From a virus: 64,000 bases of DNA. Position numbers and translations under genes: made by a program. Position 1 is the stretch's first letter. Every line of letters begins with the position of its first letter. Shown piece by piece: positions 26,951 through 35,031 of the stretch. Location of the stretch: positions 1 through 64,000 of the IMG/VR virus record IMGVR_UViG_3300042465_003746. One strand, written 5' to 3'. The notes beneath the pieces were generated by a model that was not told the origin of the DNA, did not search any database, and was given only the letters and a program-made list of their open reading frames with translations.

Positions 26951-28029
26951 TTAATTTTAGTTTTTTCAAATCCCTGTAAAGCAGATGCCATCCAAATCTC
27001 GTCTTGTGTGCCTTTAAGATATACTATGTAAATCTTAGCCTTAGACTTTCCTTGGAGATTCATTGCTCTCATGGTTTGCTGAATACATAGACTTTCTACG
27101 CTTTTCAACTGATTAAATACTGCTACTTTTAAATTAGGAATAGTAATGCCCATAGATATCATAGAAATTACAGATAATTTATTAATAGTTCCATTCTTGA
27201 AGTCCTCCAAAGAAGATTTATTAGCATTGCTATGATAACAACCTTCACCAATTTGATTAGCGATTTCTTGTCTACCTGTAAATACTAAACATCTACCCAT
27301 CTTTGGGTCATCAACTATTGCTTTAGTTGCTGCTACTTTACTTCTAGAATTATAAATAATACCTGTTCTCTTAGACATTAAAAATCGTAAGTTTTTATAC
27401 TTACCCTGAACTACATCTCTTTTATATCTACTATCCCAATAAGAATAAGCTTCTAACTCTGTTTGGTTAAATGGAGCAGCTTCTGTGCCTGCTAGAACAT
27501 ATTTGTCTGTATCATCCAAAGGAACCCCTACACATATTATCTCATAGTCAGCAATAATTTTATCTTTAATAGCTTGTGCAAAAGTATAAGTATAAAAAGG
27601 CACTAAGCTTAGTATATTACCTAGATTAAATTCATCTTGCTGTGTTAAAGTTCCCGTTAGTCCTAGAATTCTAGAACCTTTTATTTGACGTTTACGTAAT
27701 TCTGCTAATACTTTTAGATTATAACTATGACATTCATCTGCTATAATTAGATTATAAGTGTCTTTGTTCTTCTTTAAACTATTACTCCATACATATTCTA
27801 CTTCAATATTGTCTACTAAATTCCAAGTAACTATTTCTCTTTTCCAATCTTCTAGAATAGACAATTGGGGTGCCATTATTAGCACCTTAATTGTCTTATC
27901 TACAGTATTCAATGCGTCAATTGTTATCTTGCATTTACCGACACGAGGACTTACAAAAAGAATTCCATTAAACCGATTTAGTACTACAGCATCACTTGCT
28001 TCTTTTTGTATTTTCTCTCGTTTCTTCAT
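26941..28029 (-). CDS. Superfamily 2 helicase
   Basis: PRVGKC, DECH, GLTGT, GITIP, Q..RAM. Confidence 0.88.
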   Translation of the reverse strand: MKKREKIQKEASDAVVLNRFNGILFVSPRVGKCKITIDALNTVDKTIKVLIMAPQLSILEDWKREIVTWNLVDNIEVEYVWSNSLKKNKDTYNLIIADECHSYNLKVLAELRKRQIKGSRILGLTGTLTQQDEFNLGNILSLVPFYTYTFAQAIKDKIIADYEIICVGVPLDDTDKYVLAGTEAAPFNQTELEAYSYWDSRYKRDVVQGKYKNLRFLMSKRTGIIYNSRSKVAATKAIVDDPKMGRCLVFTGRQEIANQIGEGCYHSNANKSSLEDFKNGTINKLSVISMISMGITIPNLKVAVFNQLKSVESLCIQQTMRAMNLQGKSKAKIYIVYLKGTQDEIWMASALQGFEKTKIKWI

Positions 28030-28454
28030 AGTGTTATTAATTTATAATCTGTTTTTTGCTTCCAACCTTGTAGATGTATATCAGAAGGAACCCATTTTAA
28101 TAAAGGCATCGGATGTCTATTATTCTCTAGCCATTCTTCATAGTTTTCCTTAATAACTTTTACTACTTCTGAGTCACTAGTAATTTTAAACAGGTGCAAT
28201 ATTGCACCATGAGATCTAGATATTACTCTACCAATCTCTGCATAAGATAATCCTTTATCAAATAATGCATGAGCAGTTACTTTTCTCATTTCTACTAAAT
28301 AACTATTTTGATATCTAGCATTTAATGCAAAATAATTCCTTAAAGGCGTTAAACTTTCTAGTAATTGAATCTCTTTTTTTAATCTTTCAATTCTATCTTC
28401 AAAAGATTCTTCTTTAAACATTTTCTTACTTCCTACTTTCATTAGTGTTGCCAT
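28026..28454 (-). CDS. Protein with DnaA domain-IV-like HTH
   Basis: RKVTAHAL...GLSYAEIGRVISRSHGAILH. Confidence 0.6.
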   Translation of the reverse strand: MATLMKVGSKKMFKEESFEDRIERLKKEIQLLESLTPLRNYFALNARYQNSYLVEMRKVTAHALFDKGLSYAEIGRVISRSHGAILHLFKITSDSEVVKVIKENYEEWLENNRHPMPLLKWVPSDIHLQGWKQKTDYKLITL

Positions 28455-30451
28455 TTATGAGTTATCATTGGTTCAGCTTTAAGTTTTACTACTTTGCAAA
28501 ACACATCACCTGCTCTTTCCATACAATCTTGTAATACTTCCGCCATACCTTTAGCCATTTCTTCTGGACATTCTACTAACCACTCATCGTGAACTACATT
28601 AGGTAGTTTTACTTTGAATATTAGATCATTATCCGCTAGATACTTAAAGAAATATATACCAGCAAGTTTAGTTATATCAGCACTACTACCTTGAACAGGA
28701 TAATTTAGAGACATTCTTTCAATATCTCCACGCTTCATAAAATACTCTCGAACTTTTGGCTTAAAATGGGTCTTAAAGATACTAGAATCCATTGACTTTT
28801 CCAACTTATAACTGTCCCAAAATCCCTCAGTTTCATAAATTTCTTTATGAAGTTTTTGAAATTCTTCAAAGAAAGGAATAAAGCATTTTCTTCCACTAAT
28901 ATTATTAAATTGGATATATCCTAATTCTATTGCTCTTTTCTTTTCTACCTTAAAATAGTTAGCTAATCCAGGAAATGCTTTAAAATAAGCCTTATAGACT
29001 GCTTCACCCTCTTCCATAGATATATTTAGATTCTGAGCAATAGTTATACCTGTACCGCCATAATTTATAGCAAAACCTGCACCTTTAGCAATCTGTCTTT
29101 TACTTTTATGATTATTCTTTATCTCATCTAGACTTAAATCTCCTAACTCAGGAAATATCTTCGATGCGATAAACGAGTGCATATCCCCAAGACCTTTAGA
29201 ATAAAATTCAAGTAAATCTTTGTCCAAAGATTTATTGGCCAATACTATCTGTTCTTGCCCACTGTAATCGCTTACTATTAGCACGTTGCCCTTCTCCGCT
29301 TGGAAGCAACTTCTAGTTCTACTATCAGCAGGTATATTTTGCATATTAGGCATTTGAGGCATACCCTTTTTAGGAGCTCCTTTCTGACCGCTAGACAGCC
29401 TGCCTGTGTTCATAATTTGTGTATAGTTACTATGAATTCTTCCTGTTACAGAGCTTATATATTTAAACCAATTCTCACCATAAGTACTAACTACTTTTTG
29501 ATGCTCAGTATATTCTATATAAGTAGAAATAATAGTATGTTTCTTCTTTTGTGGGCCTAAGACTTTCTTGTCTACAGAATCTTTCATCATTCCCGTTAGT
29601 TTATCCTTAGTCAGCGTATCAACGCCTAAAGACTGCATAAAAGGAATAACTTGCTTAGAAGAAGCCCAATTAATTTTACAAGTAATACCCTCGTCAAATA
29701 AAGACAATTGATTATTTACAAACTTTGGATAAGTATCTGCATTATCTAATATAAATTGATCTAATTGTTTTTTAACAACATCTAAATCTTTTAAATCTTC
29801 TGTGCACTTACTTTGCCAATCTTGACTATTCATAAACATACCACAATACTCTATATATGCTAACACACATACAAATTGATTATCTAAAGAAGCAGTTTTG
29901 TGTAATTGCTTTTCTTGAAGAGCAACTTCTTGTTTCCTTTTAACCTGATGAAGATATTTAACATCATCAGCAGCATATTTAATAACTCTTGTAGTCAATC
30001 CCTCTCTATGGATATTTCCTCTAATAGTTTTATCTAACTCTATTTTACAATATCTGTAAACTACAGCGTCTAACGATCTTCTAATAGTATCAATACCAGT
30101 AGTGAGAATTCTTTCTACTAAAAAAGTATCAAATATTTTCATAGGTACAATTTGATAATAATATAGGAACCTAAGATCAAATTTAGCATTGTGCATTATT
30201 AACACTTTGCTCTCTAATAATTCTTTATACAACTTAGGATTTACAGTAAGACAATCTATTACATATTGTTTACTTTCATCACCTAATTGCATACTTAGTA
30301 AATCCTTTGTGAAAGGATCCATTCCTCTAGTTTCTGTATCAAATCCTATAACATCTAAATCCTTTAAGTATTCTATTGACTCCTCTACAGTAGCCATAGA
30401 ATAGCCAGAAGGAATAAATAATTCCTTCTGACCAGTAACTAAATAAATCAT
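28442..30451 (-). CDS. polA: Family A DNA polymerase with 3'-5' exonuclease
   Basis: Exonuclease motifs DTET, HNAKFD, YAADD; polymerase motifs TGRLSS, DYSGQE, RQIAK...FAINYG, NYPVQGSSAD, VHDE. Confidence 0.95.
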   Translation of the reverse strand: MIYLVTGQKELFIPSGYSMATVEESIEYLKDLDVIGFDTETRGMDPFTKDLLSMQLGDESKQYVIDCLTVNPKLYKELLESKVLIMHNAKFDLRFLYYYQIVPMKIFDTFLVERILTTGIDTIRRSLDAVVYRYCKIELDKTIRGNIHREGLTTRVIKYAADDVKYLHQVKRKQEVALQEKQLHKTASLDNQFVCVLAYIEYCGMFMNSQDWQSKCTEDLKDLDVVKKQLDQFILDNADTYPKFVNNQLSLFDEGITCKINWASSKQVIPFMQSLGVDTLTKDKLTGMMKDSVDKKVLGPQKKKHTIISTYIEYTEHQKVVSTYGENWFKYISSVTGRIHSNYTQIMNTGRLSSGQKGAPKKGMPQMPNMQNIPADSRTRSCFQAEKGNVLIVSDYSGQEQIVLANKSLDKDLLEFYSKGLGDMHSFIASKIFPELGDLSLDEIKNNHKSKRQIAKGAGFAINYGGTGITIAQNLNISMEEGEAVYKAYFKAFPGLANYFKVEKKRAIELGYIQFNNISGRKCFIPFFEEFQKLHKEIYETEGFWDSYKLEKSMDSSIFKTHFKPKVREYFMKRGDIERMSLNYPVQGSSADITKLAGIYFFKYLADNDLIFKVKLPNVVHDEWLVECPEEMAKGMAEVLQDCMERAGDVFCKVVKLKAEPMITHKWQH

Positions 30452-30588
30452 TCTCCCTCTTCGTTATTTTTTGTAATAATTATACGATTAACTCTAGTAG
30501 CTAAAAAAGATTTAAACCATGCTCTACTATAAGGCACGGTAGCTAAAGCAAGTCTGCCTAATACTAATTTTCTAGGAAATCTGCGCAT
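30448..30588 (-). CDS. 46-aa basic protein (not in ORF track)
   Basis: Hand translation MRRFPRKLVLGRLALATVPYSRAWF...; its stop overlaps the polA ATG. Confidence 0.55.
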   Translation of the reverse strand: MRRFPRKLVLGRLALATVPYSRAWFKSFLATRVNRIIITKNNEEGE

Positions 30589-30790
30589 AACTCTCTTGTC
30601 TTATTAATACTCTTAAACAAGCTTTTGCTGACTTTTCATTATCATACACACATACATTGCCTTTCTTTGATTCAGCAATACTCTTAGTAGTTTTATCTCC
30701 CCAAAATTTCCAGAAAGGCTTAACAATTGGTTCTACTACCATCACGATAAATTTACCGTCTAATTCTTCAATTAAAAATTCTCTTTTCAT
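30572..30790 (-). CDS. Hypothetical protein
   Basis: 72-aa ORF with A-rich leader. Confidence 0.65.
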   Translation of the reverse strand: MKREFLIEELDGKFIVMVVEPIVKPFWKFWGDKTTKSIAESKKGNVCVYDNEKSAKACLRVLIRQESYAQIS

Positions 30791-30810
30791 CTTCTTTTTT
30801 TATTTGTTTA

Positions 30811-31026
30811 TTACTTGTTTAAATTCTTAAGATCGTGTTCTTTCATAGAACATACAAACTCTACCTCTGTAGTAGCTGGCAATAGAAAGTTCTCATTATT
30901 ATCAGTCTCGCATACTGCGTCTAGTGACTCTATATAATAAAAGTTAAATTCTTCTTTAAGCTTACCGTTTACTTCAAATCCTTCTATTCTTACTCTAGAA
31001 TATCTAGGTATTTCAAATAGTGTCAT
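30811..31026 (-). CDS. Hypothetical protein
   Basis: 71-aa ORF, ATGA coupling. Confidence 0.65.
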   Translation of the reverse strand: MTLFEIPRYSRVRIEGFEVNGKLKEEFNFYYIESLDAVCETDNNENFLLPATTEVEFVCSMKEHDLKNLNK

Positions 31027-31217
31027 AACTCTTTTCTACTTTTAGGTTTAATTACTAAGTGTTTGTCTACTTGTTTATCAAGTATTTGTGTTACTCTATC
31101 AACATAAGTTACTTCTACTTCTCCTTTTGCTAACATAGATAAAGCTATTTCCTCAAATTCATTTTCAGGAATATGTACAAACTTTATTGTACCGTTCATT
31201 ATTATTTCTGTCTTCAT
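31023..31217 (-). CDS. Hypothetical protein
   Basis: 64-aa ORF in operon. Confidence 0.65.
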   Translation of the reverse strand: MKTEIIMNGTIKFVHIPENEFEEIALSMLAKGEVEVTYVDRVTQILDKQVDKHLVIKPKSRKEL

Positions 31218-31219
31218 AA

Positions 31220-31375
31220 TTATTTTCTTTTACTTGTAATACTTATAAATAGTATTCCTGTTAATAAAAATCCAATTCCACCAAATATTTTTGATGAGTT
31301 ATTAGCTCCATTCATAGCTAAATATATTGACAATGCTGCTAAAATTGTAAATGCTATTATAAATAAATATTTCAT
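31220..31375 (-). CDS. 51-aa two-TM membrane protein (not in ORF track)
   Basis: MKYLFIIAFTILAALSIYLAMNG...IFGGIGFLLTGILFISITSKRK fills the gap between neighbours. Confidence 0.7.
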   Translation of the reverse strand: MKYLFIIAFTILAALSIYLAMNGANNSSKIFGGIGFLLTGILFISITSKRK

Positions 31376-31378
31376 ATC

Positions 31379-31879
31379 TTACTTTTTAAGTATTAAACAT
31401 CCTGATGAGTCAAGTTTTGGTTCAGGCACTGCGTATATGTTAGACATATCAATCACAACATCTATTTCTTTTGGTTGTTGAAGGGATTGGATAAGTTGTT
31501 GAAAAAATGTTGCACCACTCTTACCATCTTCATAACCTACATAATATGCTTTCCTTATATCTTCCAAAGTAAACACCTTGTCTTTATTCAACTCCATTGC
31601 TTTGTTGAAGCCTGCCTCAAAATCTCTAACAGATTCTTTTTCCCATTCTTGCATCACCATACCTCCGTATGTATTTCGTACAATTTCTTTTGAATGCTCT
31701 ATACCTAATGAGTGAACATCAACTACTCCAAATAGTTCATCACAGTTTTGTTTGGATAGTTTATAACATCCTTTTGTTTTACCAAAATACCATTCATCTG
31801 TGGTGGCAAATGTGGTTCCATCATTATTTGCAATAAAATAAAAATCAGGTTCTGAATGTTTAATTAGTTTTGCTTTCAT
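31379..31879 (-). CDS. Hypothetical phage protein (MKAKLIK start)
   Basis: 166 aa; KLSKQNC...PKLDSSGCLILK. Confidence 0.75.
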   Translation of the reverse strand: MKAKLIKHSEPDFYFIANNDGTTFATTDEWYFGKTKGCYKLSKQNCDELFGVVDVHSLGIEHSKEIVRNTYGGMVMQEWEKESVRDFEAGFNKAMELNKDKVFTLEDIRKAYYVGYEDGKSGATFFQQLIQSLQQPKEIDVVIDMSNIYAVPEPKLDSSGCLILKK

Positions 31880-32039
31880 TTTCTAAAAGTTTATTTAGTT
31901 CTTTATAAATACCTGCTGCTGTTATAATTGCAACAATAGTATTTGATACCCATACAGGAAAAGGATTATGATACAACCATATACCAAATACTATTGAAAT
32001 TGCTAAGTATATTAATTTCTTAATTAGTTTTGCTTTCAT
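31860..32039 (-). CDS. Small membrane protein (MKAKLIK start at 32039)
   Basis: Two hydrophobic helices; first 20 nt identical to the start of 31379-31879. Confidence 0.65.
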   Translation of the reverse strand: MKAKLIKKLIYLAISIVFGIWLYHNPFPVWVSNTIVAIITAAGIYKELNKLLENESKTN

Positions 32040-32040
32040 C

Positions 32041-32232
32041 TTATTCTGATTTAAAGGTTTCATTATAGTATTGTTCTGCTCTACCCATATTAGGGTCAAA
32101 GTTTGTTCCCATAGAATCATAGACTGCTTTCATTATCTGTTGCTTCTCCATTTCTTTGGCTTTTTCAAAATACCAACCATTATCTACTAAATCAATATCT
32201 AATTGTTTTTCTAACCATTCTACTGCTGTCAT
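32041..32232 (-). CDS. MTAVEWL-type small phage protein
   Basis: MTAVEWL...AKEMEKQQI...AEQYYNETF. Confidence 0.75.
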   Translation of the reverse strand: MTAVEWLEKQLDIDLVDNGWYFEKAKEMEKQQIMKAVYDSMGTNFDPNMGRAEQYYNETFKSE

Positions 32233-32270
32233 AATTTTAGTTTTTTTTAAATGTTATACTTTTCTGTTGT

Positions 32271-32462
32271 TCAATTATTATACTTTTCTGTTTTTTTTAA
32301 AAATTCATTATAATATTGTTCACTTGTCATCATTGATATATGACTTGTTTCATAAGCATCTATTATCTGTTGCTTAAATAACTCATTAGCTTCTGCTATA
32401 TCTGAGCTATGAAGTATTCCATTCTCTGCTAGTCTTTTTACTAGTAAATCTATTGGTGTCAT
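32271..32462 (-). CDS. Paralogue of 32041-32232
   Basis: KQQIIDAY...SEQYYNEF. Confidence 0.7.
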   Translation of the reverse strand: MTPIDLLVKRLAENGILHSSDIAEANELFKQQIIDAYETSHISMMTSEQYYNEFLKKTEKYNN

Positions 32463-32845
32463 AGTTCTGATATTTTTAGTTCTTCATTAGTCAATGCAAA
32501 ATATAGATTCTGAAGTTGGTGGACGTGTTTTTCACCAAGTGATAAAAGTTGAATACTTCCTTTTTTTTCACCATCATAAAAGGATTCTAAACATAACATT
32601 TTAGAATTAATATTATATGTAAAACAGTCAGAATCAGCTAAATTATCATAATCAAAATACAATCTAAACCAATTATGATTACCTTTCTCAAACCCAAACT
32701 TTAAAAGCCATTCTTCTGTTAGTGGGATTGGTTCGCAATAAACGGCTACATAATCTATTTCATGACCATATTTAATCTGATTAAATGGATTATCGATAGA
32801 CATGTTTTTATACCAATTATTAATCCTTAATTCTGCTGCTGTCAT
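32459..32845 (-). CDS. Conserved Bacteroidota-phage protein (PIPLTEEWL type)
   Basis: ELRINN, PIPLTEEWLLKFGF, HVHQLQNLYFALT. Confidence 0.75.
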   Translation of the reverse strand: MTAAELRINNWYKNMSIDNPFNQIKYGHEIDYVAVYCEPIPLTEEWLLKFGFEKGNHNWFRLYFDYDNLADSDCFTYNINSKMLCLESFYDGEKKGSIQLLSLGEKHVHQLQNLYFALTNEELKISEL

Positions 32846-33102
32846 AATTTTCTTATTTTATGATTAAAAATATCATCTAAGTAATCACTTCTAAAGGACA
32901 TACCTCCTATTTCATGGTCAGCTGGAGACTCAATTACATGGTCCTGCTTTACTTTAAATTCTGGAAATACATCTTTAAATATAGCTACTGAGTCACGTAC
33001 CATAGACGGTGCGTATGTATGTCTTCCATGTGCATATCTTGCAGCCATCCATAAGATATTCTCAATAGCTGACTGAAGTTTTTTTTCATCTGATTTTTTC
33101 AT
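32842..33102 (-). CDS. Hypothetical protein
   Basis: AARYAHGRHTYAPS; ATGA coupling. Confidence 0.7.
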   Translation of the reverse strand: MKKSDEKKLQSAIENILWMAARYAHGRHTYAPSMVRDSVAIFKDVFPEFKVKQDHVIESPADHEIGGMSFRSDYLDDIFNHKIRKL

Positions 33103-33214
33103 AATCTTTTTGTTTAATTATTACTGCTTAATCGGTTTTAATCCGTTTATGTGTGATTTTGTTTACATTAAGCGGTTTACTGTAACCTAGTATATCTATT
33201 TGTTAATGTCAACA

Positions 33215-33502
33215 CTATAATACATCTTTTTTAAATTTAGGACTACATCCCATCATGATTGTAAACCTGAACGACTGCTTCAAAAAACTTCTATTAATCT
33301 TGTACATCTTAATAGTGTCTGCCACTATCTTCTCAAACACGTCCTCGTCTATCTCGTAGTCCAAAAACGGTATGACCTTCTGTCTTTGTTCATTAGTAGT
33401 AGCGTTTTCTAATAACTCATCAAAAGATGCAGGAGGAGTTGCATTTGCAAACAACTCCCTATAACAATGCATCATTGCTTTATCAATGTTTTTATTTGTC
33501 AT
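33215..33502 (-). CDS. Hypothetical protein
   Basis: 95-aa ORF. Confidence 0.7.
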   Translation of the reverse strand: MTNKNIDKAMMHCYRELFANATPPASFDELLENATTNEQRQKVIPFLDYEIDEDVFEKIVADTIKMYKINRSFLKQSFRFTIMMGCSPKFKKDVL

Positions 33503-33701
33503 CTGTAATATCTTTTAATTTATTCCATATAGATTCTGCATTTTCTCCCCAATACATTTCACATGTAAATACACCGTCTTTTATCTCAAAAGGAGGCTCA
33601 AAGAAATAACTTTGTATAAATTCACTAGCTTTTGCTGTAAATCTATAGCACTTTTCTTTTACTGGGCAGTCCTTGCCCGAACAACATGTTATATCTGCCA
33701 T
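33492..33701 (-). CDS. Small cysteine-rich protein
   Basis: MADITCCSGKDCPVKEKCYRFT...EPPF...CEMYW. Confidence 0.75.
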   Translation of the reverse strand: MADITCCSGKDCPVKEKCYRFTAKASEFIQSYFFEPPFEIKDGVFTCEMYWGENAESIWNKLKDITDDK

Positions 33702-33721
33702 ATTATTTTTTTATTTAAGTT

Positions 33722-33835
33722 TTATAAACATATAAAGGCAAACACTGTTATACCTATACAAGATGCTATACATCCTATAAACATTCCTATAAATAATCCA
33801 TTATAGAAAGCATTCTTAAGTTTTACTTCTTCCAT
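33722..33835 (-). CDS. 37-aa membrane peptide
   Basis: Likely start MEEVK at 33835; single hydrophobic helix. Confidence 0.5.
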   Translation of the reverse strand: MEEVKLKNAFYNGLFIGMFIGCIASCIGITVFAFICL

Positions 33836-33881
33836 ATTTTCATTATAAATTAATGATATTAATAATAAATATAGATTATCC

Positions 33882-34382
33882 TTAACCATTAAGGATAATC
33901 TTTTTAAGTAATTCCACATATCTTTTATCTTCTGCATAATTCTTAGTTAAATAATTAAAATATTGTTCTTTAGTTTTTAATTTAGAAAGATAAGTAGATT
34001 GGTACAATGCATAATCTATTACAGATTGTTTCCAGGATTTATATCTAGCATGTCCTAAATACTCTCCTATTGCTGTTGTAGCTCTTCTTCTAGCTTTCTT
34101 CATTCCAAATAGATTATTACCTATTGTAAAAGATTTTGATTTAAAGTGTCCAGTTTCTAAAACTGCTTGAGCAAATACTATTTCATAGTGTTTAATATTT
34201 AACTCTTGTAAAAATGCTAATAATTTAGCTTCACTAAATCGTTCTTCAATAGTAGGTAAGATAATAGTATTAGTCTTAGTTTCTACTATTTTTACAGGGT
34301 CTCTACTTATCGTAGCTGCCATAATAACTGTTGCAAATGCAATACCTCCAAATGCTATTAACAATCTCCTAAAAGGTTCCAT
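33882..34382 (-). CDS. Membrane-anchored GH73 glucosaminidase (peptidoglycan hydrolase)
   Basis: N-terminal TM; AQAVLETG, NNLFGMK, YAEDKRY. Confidence 0.85.
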   Translation of the reverse strand: MEPFRRLLIAFGGIAFATVIMAATISRDPVKIVETKTNTIILPTIEERFSEAKLLAFLQELNIKHYEIVFAQAVLETGHFKSKSFTIGNNLFGMKKARRRATTAIGEYLGHARYKSWKQSVIDYALYQSTYLSKLKTKEQYFNYLTKNYAEDKRYVELLKKIILNG

Positions 34383-34402
34383 AATGTATAATTTTAGTTA
34401 AT

Positions 34403-34502
34403 AAAAAAGATAGTGGGATACTCCTCTCCCACCGTGAGCTTACCTATCTTCTAACCATAAACGAATGAATGAAATACTCCTCTTTCACAACGAGCTTACC
34501 TA
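34403..34502 (-). ncRNA. Tandem covarying structured-RNA motif (2 x 34 nt); downstream copy runs into a U-tract
   Basis: TAGGTAAGCTC-N3-GTGRRA-GAGGAGTA-TYYCAY at 34469-34502 and 34413-34446, with compensatory stem changes. Confidence 0.65.
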
Positions 34503-34513
34503 ATGACGTATTT

Positions 34514-34535
34514 AAAAAATAACTAAAAGTTATTC
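34514..34535 (-). terminator. Weak AT-rich hairpin after tRNA-like RNA 1
   Basis: AATAACT-ttt-AGTTATT followed by a T run on the minus strand. Confidence 0.35.
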
Positions 34536-34536
34536 G

Positions 34537-34653
34537 TGGTTAGGGTGCGACTCGAACGCACGACCTATTGGCAAGACTAAATGTATATCCTCAGGCAATT
34601 ACCCCTTACTTTTTACCGCTTACCAATCGAGCCACCAACTGCTCTACCTAACC
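34537..34653 (-). ncRNA. tRNA-like RNA 1: intact acceptor, D and T arms with a 51-nt insert replacing the anticodon loop
   Basis: GGTTAGG/CCTAACC-A acceptor; GAGC-AGTTGGTG-GCTC D arm; ATTGG/CCAAT stem; AGGTC variable loop; GTGCG-TTCGAGT-CGCAC T arm. Confidence 0.8.
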
Positions 34654-34728
34654 AAACACTAGTCTTTCCTAGTAGTCAACATGGATATTTTGTGTACAAT
34701 TCAGGACTCTCATGCTCTTCCTTAGTTG

Positions 34729-34833
34729 TAGTCGGACAGGATTCGAACCTGCACAGTAGTTCTCCGAGGTTGTATTTATAATCAGAACTACTTTAATTAT
34801 CACCCTAAGCGTCTACCATTCCGCCACCTGACT
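34729..34833 (-). ncRNA. tRNA-like RNA 2: Leu-type D and T arms, degenerate anticodon arm, enlarged extra arm
   Basis: AGTCAGG..CCGACT-A acceptor (one bulge); GGCGGAATGGTAGACGC; AGTAGTTCT/AGAACTACT stem with 20-nt loop; GCAGG-TTCGAAT-CCTGT. Confidence 0.7.
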
Positions 34834-34837
34834 AAAA

Positions 34838-34930
34838 AAACACACTCTTAAGCATTCTACTCCCAGCTACGAGGAATTGTATCTTACTTAGCCCATCTCA
34901 CCGCTGTGTGGGTACTTAAGTTTATGTGTC
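34838..34930 (-). ncRNA. Candidate three-way-junction RNA
   Basis: Stems ACACA/TGTGT, CTTAAGTA/TGCTTAAG, CCCA/TGGG, TTCC/GGAG, followed by a T run. Confidence 0.5.
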
Positions 34931-35031
34931 TTGAGGTTAAGAACTCCTCAGTGTTGTAAGAATCTATAGCATATCTTCATTACTTATGTTCGATTTCCTT
35001 TCTCAAGGGAACAACAACTCTTTTAATAACA

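Noticed and set aside
34403-34502. Mini CRISPR array
   Set aside because: Only two units, internal covarying differences, and no cas genes in the window
34581-34781. 66-aa plus-strand ORF
   Set aside because: Antisense to the two tRNA-like RNAs, with no protein features
34860-34885. HDV-like/theta ribozyme suggested by TTCCTCGT near tRNA-like genes
   Set aside because: I could not build the P1/P2/P3 nested pseudoknot, and it lies 5' rather than 3' of the tRNA-like RNA
34931-34956. Hammerhead ribozyme (CTGAGGA followed by a short stem on the minus strand)
   Set aside because: The required GAAA after stem II is missing (reads CTCAA)
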